61,401 nt of DNA from Trichinella spiralis (Eukaryota), in assembly GCF_000181795.1 (NCBI RefSeq), contig NW_003526945.1, positions 6,140,573 to 6,201,973 of the forward strand. The letters run 5' to 3'. The notes under the pieces were generated by a model. It was given only the letters and a program-made list of their open reading frames with translations. It was not told the DNA's origin and did no database searches. The translations under genes were made by a program, and so were the position numbers. Of the stretch, positions 13,812 through 27,632 are shown piece after piece. Each line of letters begins with the position of its first letter. Position 1 is the first letter of the stretch.

Positions 13812-13817
13812 TTTCAG
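13812..13817 (+). promoter_or_regulatory. Candidate SL trans-splice acceptor (TTTCAG) 12 nt upstream of the AP-3 sigma ATG
   Basis: Nematode consensus 3' splice site just 5' of the start codon, with no evident upstream coding exon. Confidence 0.5.
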
Positions 13818-13829
13818 CTGCATTCATCG

Positions 13830-14716
13830 ATGATTAAGGCGATTCTTGTTTTCAATAATCACGGCAAACCGAGGTTACTGAAATTTTACGAAGCATATGT
13901 AAGCATTGGTGATGTGTAAACATTTTCTTGTCTGTTTTGTAGTTGCATTTTAGCCCGAAGAAACGCAACAGCAGATTGTTCGCGAAACATTTCTACTTCT
14001 CTCCAAAAGAGACGACAACGTTTGCAATTTTCTCGAATGCGGAAGGTGGTGGATATTTGAAATTTTTCAAAAAAAAACACCTTTCTTTCATTGTTCCAAT
14101 TACTCTTTAGCTTAGTCGGCGGATCTGAATACAAATTAATCTACAGACACTACGCGACATTGTACTTTGTATTTTGTGTCGATTCGTCTGAAAGTGAACT
14201 GGGCATTTTGGATTTGATTCAGGTAAAAATCACTTGTCATTCATTCATTGTTGATAAGAAAAAAAAAAGATGTAAATTCCATTTTTGAGCAGGTCTTTGT
14301 CGAAACTTTGGATCGTTGTTTCGAAAACGTCTGTGAATTAGATCTTATTTTTCACGCGGATAAAGTATATTCCATTCGGTCTGAAATTGCAAGTGAAATT
14401 TAAACTGAAAAACTCTTCCCCACACGTAGGTCCATTATATTTTGAATGAAATTGTAATGGGTGGTATGGTTCTGGAAACGAACATGAACGAAATTTTAAC
14501 TCGCGTTAATGAGCAAGATAAAATTGAAAAACAAGAGGTAAAATTGATTCGGTCTCTGTTTATTAAAGTATACTGGTTCCATTTCATTATGCAAAGGGTG
14601 GAATCGTAACTGCGCCTGCACGAGCCGTCACCGCTATGAAAAATATGAACTTGTCACAGCAAATTAAAGACATCCGCCTTCCAGATTTGCCATCGTTGAG
14701 CAATTTCAAATTTTGA
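13830..14716 (+). CDS. AP3S1: AP-3 complex subunit sigma, 6 exons
   Basis: MIKAILVFNNHGKPRLLKFY..., KLIYRHYATLYFVFCVDSSESELGILDLIQVFVETLDRCFENVCELDLIFH, ILNEIVMGGMVLETNMNEI, APARAVTAMKNMNL. Confidence 0.96.
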
Positions 14717-15492
14717 CGCAATTTATCACCATGCACAGTCGTAGACATTGTAAATAAATAAAAGAGCAGTTGAATAAATAAAATACAAATTACCATTTTC
14801 TGTTTACTATGAAATGTTACATTTTGTTCTTTTTCAATACGCAATTCTCTGCTTATTGCACAAATTCAACGTGAATTTTAATCACAATAATCTCTAAGCA
14901 ATTTCACTTGGACACTTATTTTACAGAATAAAAACATTTTCGAGTAAAAATTTGTCAAAGTGAAAATCATCATCTGCAGTTAAAACAGTTTGTTCAATTT
15001 ACGTATGAAAGTTGTATTAATATTTAAATTGTCATTTTCTTCTTAAATATTAAATGTATAATAAATTTTTTTAATCAATTGGTCATAATAAAAACTTTTC
15101 GTGGTTTTACATTGATTTTTTCATGTATACAAACTGTCTGTAGAATTATAACAGTATGACTAGAAAAATTAAGTTCTATTCTTATTTTACATTTGTTTCT
15201 GCGTGCATTTAATAGTGAAAATTTGAACACAAACTGCGACAATGAATATTTCATTATAATCTATATTTCACTTTTTTAACTTATAATAAAAACTATTCAA
15301 AAATTAATTCTTTTAATAATGCAGAACATGCGTAACGCAAAATGAACTACACGCAACTACAATAGACCCATCTCATGCTCCCAACACAGAACTGAACAAA
15401 CAAACATTTCATATAGTATGGTATGGTATAGGCGCAACAATAAATGAAAATATTATTTAGATATCGAATAAACAAATTAGATTTCAAAAAGG

Positions 15493-16741
15493 TCAAAAAA
15501 GTCCATATCGGGCGTCTTCTTCTCGATGAATGTAAAAATATGCTGCTATAGTGAAAAAGCAGGTAATGTTTCCTGCCAGTGCAAAACCACACGCACCCCA
15601 GTGAATCTAAAAAACAACCACACAAGTAAAATCAATTAAAATCAAGTTAACTATCTACAATGCATATCAATATAACAAATGACCACAAAAAGTGTCGTCT
15701 AAATTGAAAAGTAATGTTTAAAAAATTGAAATTTAACAAACCACTGGATTTTCGGCCGGAGATCTTGCCAAAACGATTGGCAAACTGAACGCACTAACAA
15801 TGATGCCTGCAGTTAAGAATAAAGCAAATTCTTGGCACGATGCAGCACCACCAGCGGAAACGCGATCCTGAACCCGGGAAGCAACTGTAAGTGGAATCGG
15901 TACCAAAATGTAAAAGATGATGACAAACAGTGGATACCAGCTGCTAATGTAAAATGCAATAAAGCGACAAGAAATTTCAAGCAATTGAACTTTTTTCAAT
16001 TATCTGCTTCTCAAACTTGGATGTTTCACAAAAAACTTCACAATCTAATAATGCCTTTGCACAATTAAGAAATGAATATTATTTAATGTTATACTAGATG
16101 AATAAGTGCAAATTATTACAGTTATGGTATAAACTTTTAATAGTTCTTATTGATAAAAAGCCATTATTCAATATTAAAATGTTTTCAAAATGGTGTATTT
16201 AGCAAAAGATTATTATATAGTACAAGGTCATATTGCAGAAGTTCAAACGCTTTATAACACAGATTAAAGTTATGCATTTACAATTAAATTTCACAAATAA
16301 AATTTATTGGATTAAAACCAATATGTATATCAATAAACATGTAGTAAAGTTTAAAGTTCACAAACTTCCTAAATGGATAAATAAAACGACTAGACAAGAA
16401 GCAGTATAAAGCAACTGCGTTAACTGCTATGCAATACATGAAATCTGAAAAGTGAAATTAAACATTACACAAATTCATTTAGCATCATTTATACATTTAT
16501 ATTTTGAGTAAATAACCATTAAAGAGAAAACTCGGATATGCAATAAAGAATAAATATCAACTAGTATCTGTGTAGTTTCTGTTAAAAAACATAAGAATTC
16601 CTACTTATAAATTGGTAGAGCACATCCTAGAACCAAAAATAGCAGACCAACGCAACCACAGAATGCAAGACTGATTAGAGCTGAAAGCAAATAAAATTAT
16701 ATAAGTTATAGTATTTGCAATATACCTTTGACGCTGGCCAT
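15493..16741 (-). CDS. LEPROT: Endospanin / leptin receptor gene-related protein (Vps55 family), 4 exons
   Basis: MASVKALISLAFCGCVGLLFLVLGCALPIYNSWYPLFVIIFYILVPIP...CQEFALFLTAGIIVSAFSLPIVLAR...IHWGACGFALAGN...GLF*, the four-TM Vps55/OB-RGRP pattern. Confidence 0.93.
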
Positions 16742-17277
16742 ATTTCTTAGTCAAACAAAAGAAAATAAAACTGCAGCAATTTTTAATCACCATGCATTTT
16801 CTTACTGTACAAAAATTTGTACTTGCATTTTTGTACAAAGTTGTTCTATATTGAATCAATCATTTATTTGCATTTATTCATAAACCTCAACATACGTTTA
16901 TCATATATGTTTTGTATAATATAAAAATATCAGAAATATCTAAAAAAGCTGGTTTTAGTAAGCTACATAACAATTTTTTAATCAATCATTATTAATTATT
17001 GACACGTACGCATTTGCAACATATATTCCATTAAATTTTCCATGAATATTTATTTTATGCAAGCTTTTTTGAATGAAATTTTGATTTTCCTTAAAACCTT
17101 TGCATTGGTGGTACCCGATTAACAACAAATTTCCATAGTAAATGAAAAAAGTTAAATTTGGAAATATAAATTTAAGTAATTGACTGATTAATTAAAAATT
17201 GAAATTGTTGCATTTGTATTTGAACTTAAGAGCAGTAATATGACATGATGGTGTTTCTTCATTTGCTTTAGCATTTT

Positions 17278-20021
17278 TCAAATACCGTGGCTGGGATTGT
17301 ATATGTATATGCGGTGATCCATGCACGCAGCTTGAACAACACCTTGATACCCTGTCCGAGGTACGTTTGCCTGAAATATGATTATGCGAGACAGAGAGTG
17401 CTAGAAATTATTGAATATACTTAATTAAATTATATTTTGATTAATTTTAATTTATATAGCGAAATTTAATGTAATTACATCTATTAAAATTACATTAGTA
17501 TTCATTTTTTTAAATGAAAATTTGATTACTTTGAAATCTTCCATCAACTGAAGCTTGTTAGCAATCCTTTGAAATTCAGTATTGCTGGCATATTTAATGC
17601 GTACAGATTCTTGCAATGAACAGTGCTGACCATCCAATTCTTCACTACTAATTTCTTTTAAGCTGTTAATTGTGTTCCACATGGCTTTATCATAATTTTC
17701 CTTTAGTAAGTAGCGGAGATCAAGTTGTGTGAATGGGATGAATTTTTCGTTCAGCTTAATTTGTTTCAAGTAATTTTCGTAAAATTGACTTCTTAAATTA
17801 CAGTTTAAAAGATTATTCAAATTTTGAAATATTAAACGTTTGTATTTCTTTGTTCATCTAATTTAATTCAGTTTAATTGAAAATTTTTATGAAATGATTA
17901 AAATTCATTTTTAACTTCATTACTGTTTATTTTGTGGTATAATTTGAAACTCCAAATGAAAAAGTTTAAAAGCTATCTACTTTTTATTTGAAAATCCAAA
18001 AACAGAAAAACAATATAAGTAGATGAAAATATTTTACATTTTTAATAATGAATAATCAAGGGATTAAAATGTTGAAAATTACACATGCTATAAAGTATTT
18101 ATTATATTTGAGAACACAAGTTCGACAAACATTTATGAGAATCAATAATTAAGTCAAGAATTTGACATCTTTATTAATTATTATCACTACTGTAAAGAAT
18201 CCTATTTATTAATTAACTGTTGTTTTGGTATTATTGGTCAAGTATTATGATTACATTTTAATTGATAATTTTATTTAAAAGAGATATGAAATCAAAATTG
18301 ACCTGCTAACTCCATTTTTCCCGTATTCAGTCATAGCTGTTCTTGAAATTTCAGGACGAATGCAAGCACGCCCTTTTCGTTGATCAGCTTCCCGTAGCCA
18401 GTCGTCCCAAAAACCTTTTGGCCATTTGTCCTTTAATTCTTCCCAAAGAAGCCTTGTCATCATCCAGCCCAAGCCTAATAAAGCATTGAAATTCAAAGTA
18501 ATATTTCATTTAATATAGTATTTGTTTTTTCAAATGGCACATGATTCTGTGAACGATTTTAAACTTTTTGCTGTTTTTCAATTTGATAATAATGTTTATT
18601 AGAAGCAAAAATATTCTACCTGGAAAAAAATCAGAACGGTGCAATAATTCAGGATCGTTTTGAATGAGGAAACTTTTTCCATTGTCGTTCCAAGCAGAAA
18701 TACAAAATAGACTAGGGTCAGCTTGAAGTATTTTCAATGTTGCTGCGAAATATTCAAAAAAATCTTCAGCAATGCTCAAGTCATCTGTCAATATGTATAA
18801 TTTTAATTTATTAAAAATAGTAAATATGATTTGAAATTTTTTTAATCCATTGAATGTAAATTTGAAAAATGTGAAATTGGCATTTAATTTTATAGTAATT
18901 TTTATAACGTTGCTTTTCAAAGAATTATCCATTTGATGAATGATCAAAGTATAATTTCCTATATGTATTTTGTTTATATTTAAAAGAAAGTAAATATGAC
19001 AAAATTAGTATTTCAAATTCACACATTTGAAATTTTTGAATAAATTATATTCTACCTTCTAATATAATGACATTGTCGTACTGAAGCACGTCGAACACTT
19101 TCCTCAATGCCCATTTGTAGTGACGTGAAATTTTGTAATATCCAATAAAGTCAACTCGACTACTTTGTACGTCTTCTTTAAAATTTGTCTATTCAGAAGA
19201 AAAATAGATGTAAACAAAATTCTGCATCACAATAAACACCTTTTATAGCGTACTTTTATGTGTAATATTTGTGGATGAAAGGCTTGAATTTCCTTTTCAG
19301 TTGCTTTATCATTGCAATCTTGACTAACAATTATTGGATACCTTGTAGGACATGGTCGAAATCTGTAATCAAAATGTATTAAATTTTTGGAAAAAGAACA
19401 GCAATCGTAAAACATACTTCAACAATTGTTGCAAAAGATTTTTAACGGCATTTGGTCGGTTGCAAGCAATAACAAGCACAGCGATTTGCTGTAATGGAAT
19501 AATAGTAAAATTTACAGAAAGATTATTCGCATTTTCATCGCTTTGCTTGAAGTGATTTATTGATGCAGCGATGCCGTTTAGCAGTTTTCTGTTGTCCATA
19601 ATTTGTATTTCCAAATCAACAATTGTATGATTCAAGTTTTTTAAATTGCAGTCACTGCACGGATGTGTTTCCTTAACAAAACGGAAATGGAATTCAGTTG
19701 TAATTTAAATTAATCCAGTCATTTCGATAAATTTTTAATAGTTTTTTTACAGTTTAACGAAAAATAAAATAAACTAACATTATACTCTGCTCAAAAAATA
19801 AATAATGTTTAAATACAATTTTCCACTTTATTTTTTAATTGGGTAAAACCTGACGTAATGAATCTCCTTTATAATTATAATTTAAAAATTTTCACATAAA
19901 CTGTAGTTCTCACCATATATTGAATATAATAGGTAATCAAAGCGAAAATATAAACAATACAAATGATTATAAAGATCATTTTTGAAAAAAATCCATATAA
20001 AAAAGATGCTCTACCAAACAT
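17278..20021 (-). CDS. MGAT1: Alpha-1,3-mannosyl-glycoprotein 2-beta-N-acetylglucosaminyltransferase (GnT-I, GT13), paralogue A
   Basis: N-terminal TM exon (MFGRASFLYGFFSKMIFIIICIVYIFALITYYIF), [82 protein letters not shown]. Confidence 0.93.
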
Positions 20022-21509
20022 AATTTATAACAGTGTGGCATTGCCACTGCACGTCAGGATAAATACGTAAGATTTAATGACGTTAATTCTAATTAACTAC
20101 AGAAAAGTGCAATTGACAGTTGTTTGCGTTATTTCCTTTTAATATATGAACTAAACCGAGCATGCCTGTTTGAGTAAATTTGCTTTATCTGCTTATTGGC
20201 TCAGTGCAAACAAAGCAGTCATATCCATTAATAATTTGTAATTTGCTTTTCACTTAAAATAACAACAAACAACGTTTTATAGGCACAAATAAAAAGAAAA
20301 AGTTTTGTCAGTAAAGGGTGCTTATATGTAAATAATCAGTTTTATGTTAATTTTTTTCACATAAAATGTAACGTTTTTATTTAAATATGAGACATTATAA
20401 ATTATTTACTATTCTTTTAAAAGCAGCTGATTTATTAGAAACTCAATATTGCAATTGTTATTATTTGTACCTTTGGGTTTTAACGTATACTGTAGAAGTT
20501 TGGTTTACAGCATGTGGCGGCAATTTTACATTGAATGATCTTTTAAACTTTATCGATTGTTTAAATTTTGTTTAAAATCCTTGCACTGGTTTGTTTTTGT
20601 TTAGCTTTTTATTCAGTATTTGCCTGTTGTTTGGTGTTTGCACTTTCCGGGAATCGCATTCTCTGTTTGCTGTTTACGCATCTGTCAGTTGCGAGTGTTT
20701 CATTTCCTGCTGCGTTTTGTTGTTTCTCTATCCGCTAGAATAAAACTTTAAGGTATATAATTTCTTTTTAGCCGATTTGGATCTGTCGTTTTTGTTAATA
20801 AATTCATTCAGCTTTACCGTTTCTTTTCTTTTGTTCTTCTTTTCTTGTTTTGAGACGAGTTTTAAGGGACTTTTCGATGTCAGAATAGTTTTTATCCACA
20901 TTCAGTGCTTGATCACAGCTGTCTTTGAGCAGTGTTGAAGTTTATAAGTAACACAGCTGCTTGAACATGTAGCTGCAGGGTCAGATTCGCATTTTTAGTT
21001 GAAAATGTTGGCATCATTGTTTAGATATTTTATTTATAAAAGTTGAATTATAAATCGTGTTGATGCAGTTTTATATTTTCTTTTTTTATTACCCTGATTT
21101 CAGTGGCAGTTCATTTTGATTACTGGTCGAACTTTCTTTTCAGGTTTCAGGACATTATATGATAATATCATCAATTGACAGTTTTATTTAAATTACCTTG
21201 GCATTGTAGTTTTCATTGTGGTTTATCGAATGTCCTCTTTTGAAACTAAACATTATTTACCATTTCCTTTCATTATTGGCTGCTTGTTGTGTTTTTGTGA
21301 TTTCATTTTTGTATTAAATTTGTATGACTAAGTTTTCATCTATTTTTAGGTGACTATCCGTCAGCATGGCTTGCTGAGGGAGTACCGAATGTGCACGTTC
21401 ATTTCAGTTTCTGTTGTAGGTAAGACGACCATTTCAATTGCTTCGTATTACGTTTTAATTAATTGAATATGTTTTTTTTTCGTTTAGGTTATGGACTGGA
21501 AAGTACACA

Positions 21510-23960
21510 ATGAATTTGTTACGATTTGTTTCACTTCGTCATATTTTTTTCATCACAATAATCTGGCTCTTGGCACTTATTCTGTTTTACCGTCTGCATG
21601 AAAGTGTGAGTTGATTTGCTTGTTGTTTTGCTGTGTTAAAAAAATTAATTATTCAAAACGAAACTGTAAAAATATGGAACGATTTTTAAACAATTTTTCA
21701 TTTTTGGTAGAATAATAATTTAAAAAGTGAGTGTTGAAAATGTGGTTTGTAAGAAATGTTGGGCATTTTGATTTAGTTGTTACGAAGCAGTTTCGTAGGC
21801 ATATTTTTTTGTTTGCTTTTTCGCTCAAAACCAATGCATTCAGCTTTTATCGCTTTTGTTGGTAATTGTTTCTTTTTTGTATTGATTTTAAAATTAAGTA
21901 CATATTTTTTTTGTTTGTCATTGTTTGCATCTCTTGATATGGAAAAGGCACGAATTGTGTGTAGTAGTTCATTTTCATATTAGTAAAAGTGCTTTCGTAT
22001 GTCGGTGGGTGTTTCTTTGTTCTCCTCATTTGCAAATAGTAATGATTCACTTGTATAAGTAAGTGTACTGTTCATCATTTTTGTCCGTTTACAATGTTTG
22101 TGACGAAAAAGCGCTCATATAATCTGTACTTTTTTGTCGTTGTTGTTCGAAGTTTTACGTGAAAATCGCAGCAAAAATACAGTAAGAAAATGTTATTCAT
22201 TTTTTGAGTGTTGCAGTAATTTGAAAATTGATAAAATTGTATTTTACCAAAAACAAAAGATTACATGCTATAGAACCGAGTGTTTAAGTTTTAGAGCTGT
22301 TGACATTGAGTCATTGTGATATTGAAAAGAAAAAATTTTGAAAATGATTTTCAGGTTAGCATAGATTACGGCAAAGAGCTGCCCAAAATGCTCAACAAAA
22401 TGATCAAATTGGAAAAGGAAATTGTCGAACAGAACAAAGAAGCGGTTCGTCTGCTGGAAAGACTGGACAATGACAAATTTGCTCAAAAATGGTTCGTATT
22501 TTCCAACATCACCGACAACACTGCACATCCGGACGATCGGGATGCGCCATTGTCGATTGGCGACAAAATTCCCGTCTTGGTTATGGCTTGCAATCGACCG
22601 GCGGCAATTCGTGTTCACTTGAATCAGCTTCTTTTGTAAGTGTTTCAATTTTGATTATAAATTTTTTATATTTTCATCGTTGAAACAGACTGCGACCGTC
22701 GCCGGAACTATTTCCAATTATTGTCAGTCAAGACTGTGACCACCAGCCAACGGCTCAAGTGATCGACACGTATCGAGATTCAATCACAGTGATCAAGGTA
22801 GTAGTATATATATATATTTTTTTGTTTAATAATTAAAAAAATTAATTAAAATCTTTTGTAATTTTACAGCAACCAAACCAGACTGAACCGATATTGTCGA
22901 AAAAGTTGAAAAAATTTGCCGGCTATTACAAAATAGCTCGTCATTATCGTTGGGCGTTGAATCAGATCTTTTTCCACATGAAATACAAGACCGTCATTGT
23001 TACGGAGGATGATTTGCAAATTGCGGTTGATTTTTTCGAATTTTTTCTCGCAACGTACAAATTACTAATTGCCGACTCGTCCCTGTATTGTGTTTCCGCT
23101 TGGAACGACAACGGCCAAGAGGTGATGATCGAAGATCGACCAGACTTACTGTATCGCACCGATTTTTTTCCAGGTAATTATTATTAATTTTTATTGAAAT
23201 TTGTATTGTGGATTGTTCTGCTCAGGTTTGGGATGGATGTTGACCCGTCAACTTTGGAAAGAGCTCAGTCCGAAATGGCCGAATGGTTTTTGGGACGATT
23301 GGATTCGAGATCCTCCTCAACGTCGGGGTCGATCTTGCATTCGGCCTGAAATTTCACGCACCGCGATGAGTCTATACGGCAAATCTGGTGTGAGCAAGTC
23401 AGTTTTGTTTATTATTTTTTTGTATATATTTTACTTTGAATATAAGTGAATAATAATAATAATATTGTTTTACTTTATTTTTATTCTACAGGGGACTTTT
23501 CTATGAGAAACATCTCAAATCGATCAAGCTCAATACAAAATTTGTTCGTTTCACTGCGATGAATTTGACTTATTTGTTGAAAGAAAATTACGAAAAATTG
23601 TTCTCATCACAAGTCAACGAAGCGCCCGTTGTGTCGTTGAATGCCATTCAAGCCGGTTTATGGACCGGCAAGTCGGTTCGAATATTGTACCGAAACGCCA
23701 AAGAATTTGTCGACATTGCCAAAATTATCGGTCTTATGGACGATATGAAAGTAAACAATTGAATTATGATGGCATGATTTTTTTAGAAAAAAATATCAAC
23801 ATGTACAATTCGTGTATCGATTTAATAAAATTATGTTTTTTTTTTAACACAGGCTGGTGTACCGAGAACCGCTTTTCGTGGTGTTGTACCGGTGTATTAT
23901 TACAAAACTCGAGTGTTCATTTCCCCGGTCGGAGAGTGGAAAAATTATGATGACAACTGA
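21510..23960 (+). CDS. MGAT1: GnT-I (GT13), paralogue B
   Basis: TM exon [108 protein letters not shown]. Confidence 0.94.
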
Positions 23961-24388
23961 GGAGAAAAAAAAAGAAAAAAAAATAACAATGACAAATAAT
24001 TGAAGATTCTCATTGATTTACTTGTTTTTTTCTTTTTTTTTGTTGGATTTATTGTTGATTAAATTTTAATATATAATTTGATGCATTTGTACACGTGAAA
24101 AGCAAAAAGAAAAGAAAAATTTTTTTTACCAACAACCCATTTGAAAAGTTTGATTTATTTGGAAAAATTTTTACAGTACTCTTGTCGGTTTTATTGCTGA
24201 ACTGTGTTTTAGGGTTGTTTTGAAATCGGGCGAACGAATCGATTTGGAAATGAAATTGTTTTTGAATAATTTGAAAAAATATAAAATATGCAAAAAAAAA
24301 AGAAAAAATTTTATTCTCGATTGATGTTTAATTATTTTTTATTTTTATTTTGGTGTAATGTTAGTTTTGCATATATGAACTGGTTGAT

Positions 24389-27300
24389 TTAGTCGGGAAA
24401 AATGTCGAATGATGAAAATGTAACGGACTTTCGTGGCACGACAGGCGAGTCGGCCGTTGCCTCGTCGTTCGTTACCGGCCGAGTTGACCTTTCGGGCGGG
24501 AGACGTCGACTAGAATTTTCTTGGAAAAGGAAAATATTCGGTGTAAATCAACACCAAACGATCTTTTCGACCGCGTTTTACAGATTAATTAAAATTCTAA
24601 TTTGCATACGATTAATTTTATAAAAATATATTATTAAATAAATAATATTGAAAATTTTTTAAAAAAGCAACAAATTTATGCACTCATGACAAAACGTTGC
24701 ATTTCTAATGAATGATAAGTGCGAGTTTCATTTTTCAAAATTTGCATAATTTTCTGTAATCATTACTTTAGGAATGGAATTGAAAACGAAATAGTTTTCT
24801 TTTGTCAGATCATACTTGATGAAATAATTTTAAATTTTACTCTTTTTTGCTAGAAATTATTGTTTTTCTTTTCTGATAAAATTTCAACCGATTACTCAAA
24901 ATTACAGTAAGACAATTGATTAATTAAATCCACGCACGGGTGTTGTTCATTTGCTAACCGAAATTGTATATTTTTCGAAACAAATAATTTCATTTTGTTT
25001 TATATTAGAATTTTCTTTTTTTTGGAAAAAAATTCATATTTTACAGAATAATTTTTCCTCTTTTTTTCTAGTTCTAGTTGTAAATCATTTCCTCGAACTT
25101 CGTCGATCAGTAGCGTGTCATACAAGCTGAAATGAATTCTATTCTAATGAATTTATTTATTATTGATGTTAAATTGAATTTTTACGTGTAGAATATGATA
25201 ACACATTAAAAAAATTATAATATCAAAAAAAGAGCTCAAATACTAAAACAGTATCGACACAAAATGGTAATTACAAACATAACCGATTAAGGAGGGGAGG
25301 GGAGGGAAGAATTGAATGGAAAAATCAAATGTAGTGAAAATTGTTCCAACTTTTTTTGAAAAAAAACTTTATTAATTAATTTACATTTTTCTAGTTGAAA
25401 TAATTTCTGTTTGATTGTTCATTTTTCATCATTCATCAAACATACAAGTGAGATTTTTAAAATGTTGTTTACTATGTTGAAAAGTAACTGTTAGCTCAAC
25501 TGAGCATTATTATTTATAATAAATTGTTTTGAAATTAAAAAAATTATCACAATTTATTCAAATAAATTGATCGAGTTGTAAAATTAGCAAAAAAAAAAGT
25601 AAAAACTACCGTTGGCTGTTGTTGTTGTTTTGGTTTCCAAAGTTGTAATCAACGGGGGGAAAAAAATCATATTTTACATTTAACGCATGAAATATGTAGA
25701 AATCGAATTGCCAATTGGATTTTCCAAAATGCGTCATGTCAGAAATGTAAATTAATAATGCAAACGTATGGATTATCTTTCGGCGGGTGAAATGCTGCAA
25801 ATGGACACACAGTCGTGGGTGGATTGAGTTCAGCTTGTGAATTCCGCATTTAAATGGAAAAAATTATTCATGAGCAAAAAAAATCATTTTTACCACTCGC
25901 TGATATATAATCTCAGTTTAAAGCCATTCGCAACAGAATTATTATTCTAATATACAATTGCAATTGGGTATTTTTTATTTCAATTATTTTTTAATTACGA
26001 TAAATTTGATAACAAACTTTCCAATTTGATATCCAACAGTTTGTTCAGTTTATGCAATATACATTTTGTACGTGTAGAATTGAATTAATTTTTATGAATT
26101 TTGATTAACATAAAATTCGTATAAATTTTCATCGATGAAGATGAAAAAAGCTAAAAATGCACGTATTACACAAAAGTAAATTTGCCGTTTATTCGCCTAA
26201 CGGTAATGATATAAATTTTGGCACTGAAATGTCGTTTGTTGATTGCCAAGTTGATAATATTAATAATAATTTCACGACGATCGATAAATCGATTTGGTCA
26301 AATTGAATCAACCGAAGCCGCTTTTTATAGCAAACACAAAAGCATCAAAAATGGAACTTTGTGAAAAGTGTTTTGTTTGATAAATACAATAAAAAGTCAA
26401 AAATAAGGAAAAATTGAAAAAACATTTTTTTGGGATTTTTGTTTTCATTGTTCAATAAATCACAAAATTAATAATCACGAAACAATTTTGTCCAATTTTT
26501 CACTCGATCACATTTTACCACGGATATCGAAACGTTGATAAATATGCAAATTAGTTTTTCAATTTCGACGAAAAAACGAAAAAGTGAAATTATCCAGCAT
26601 CGAACAGGAAAGATTTGTCAACTTGTATTCTGTTATCAGTTGAAATTGTAAAATAATTATCTATTCAAATTCAAATCACCATCGTTGATTTGATAATGAT
26701 AACTTGTATGTTATTAATTAATAGATGTTGTTTACTTTGTAATGCTTCAAAGGAGATGCAATCGAATTGATAATAATTTGATCAGACAACTTAAGAGTAA
26801 AAAAGCTTTTATTATTAAAATTGTTCAATATATTGTTGTTAATTATTTCTTTTTTTAATATTTAAAACTTATAAAATGAATATTCAATTAAAAAAAATAA
26901 TAATATTGAATAGTGAATGTTTTATTGAATCATTTTGTTTAGCTTGTCAAAAGGTAGTAAAATGAAAAGTACATTATCAATAGCTATTGTTGTTGTTGTT
27001 GTTGTTGTTGTTGTATTAGGCTTCTTGCTTGAAAATTGTTTGCAGATTTATTGTTCTTCTCTTTGTTCATTTGAATCCCTGATCGCCATCAACTGACGAT
27101 CAATATTCCACTAGTCATTCTACATTTATGCAAATACTTCTTCCAAACAGCAATATTCATCAACATGTTGACCTTCTTATACTTTCAAGTCACATTATCA
27201 TTATTAATATTAGTAGTAGTAGTAATAATAGTAATAATAGTATAAATATTTGAACATTTTTTCAACGATGCTTATCTATTTTCGAATATAAACTTTATCA

Positions 27301-27577
27301 ATGAATTAATTAAAAGTTAACAATTATTATAAATTTGTTTTGTACATTTCCATGTAGTATAACACAAAAGGTTGAACAAATCTTTTATTGCTCCTATTTA
27401 TTGACTATTCATTATTCTACTTGTTATTAACAAAACAATCTGTCATGTAAAATAATTATAAATATTGTTGTAAAATTAATATGAAATGTACTTTTTTTTG
27501 CTTTTTTTTGAATAAAACTTTTCATCTCTAATCATTGCAGATATGAATTCATTGAAAATGAAAAAAAGCAATTGGCA

Positions 27578-27632
<55 letters not shown>

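Noticed and set aside
14364..14429. Possible U12-type intron in AP-3 sigma
   Set aside because: Donor GTATATTC does not match RTATCCTT and there is no TCCTTAAC branch site; no convincing U12 intron was seen in the window.
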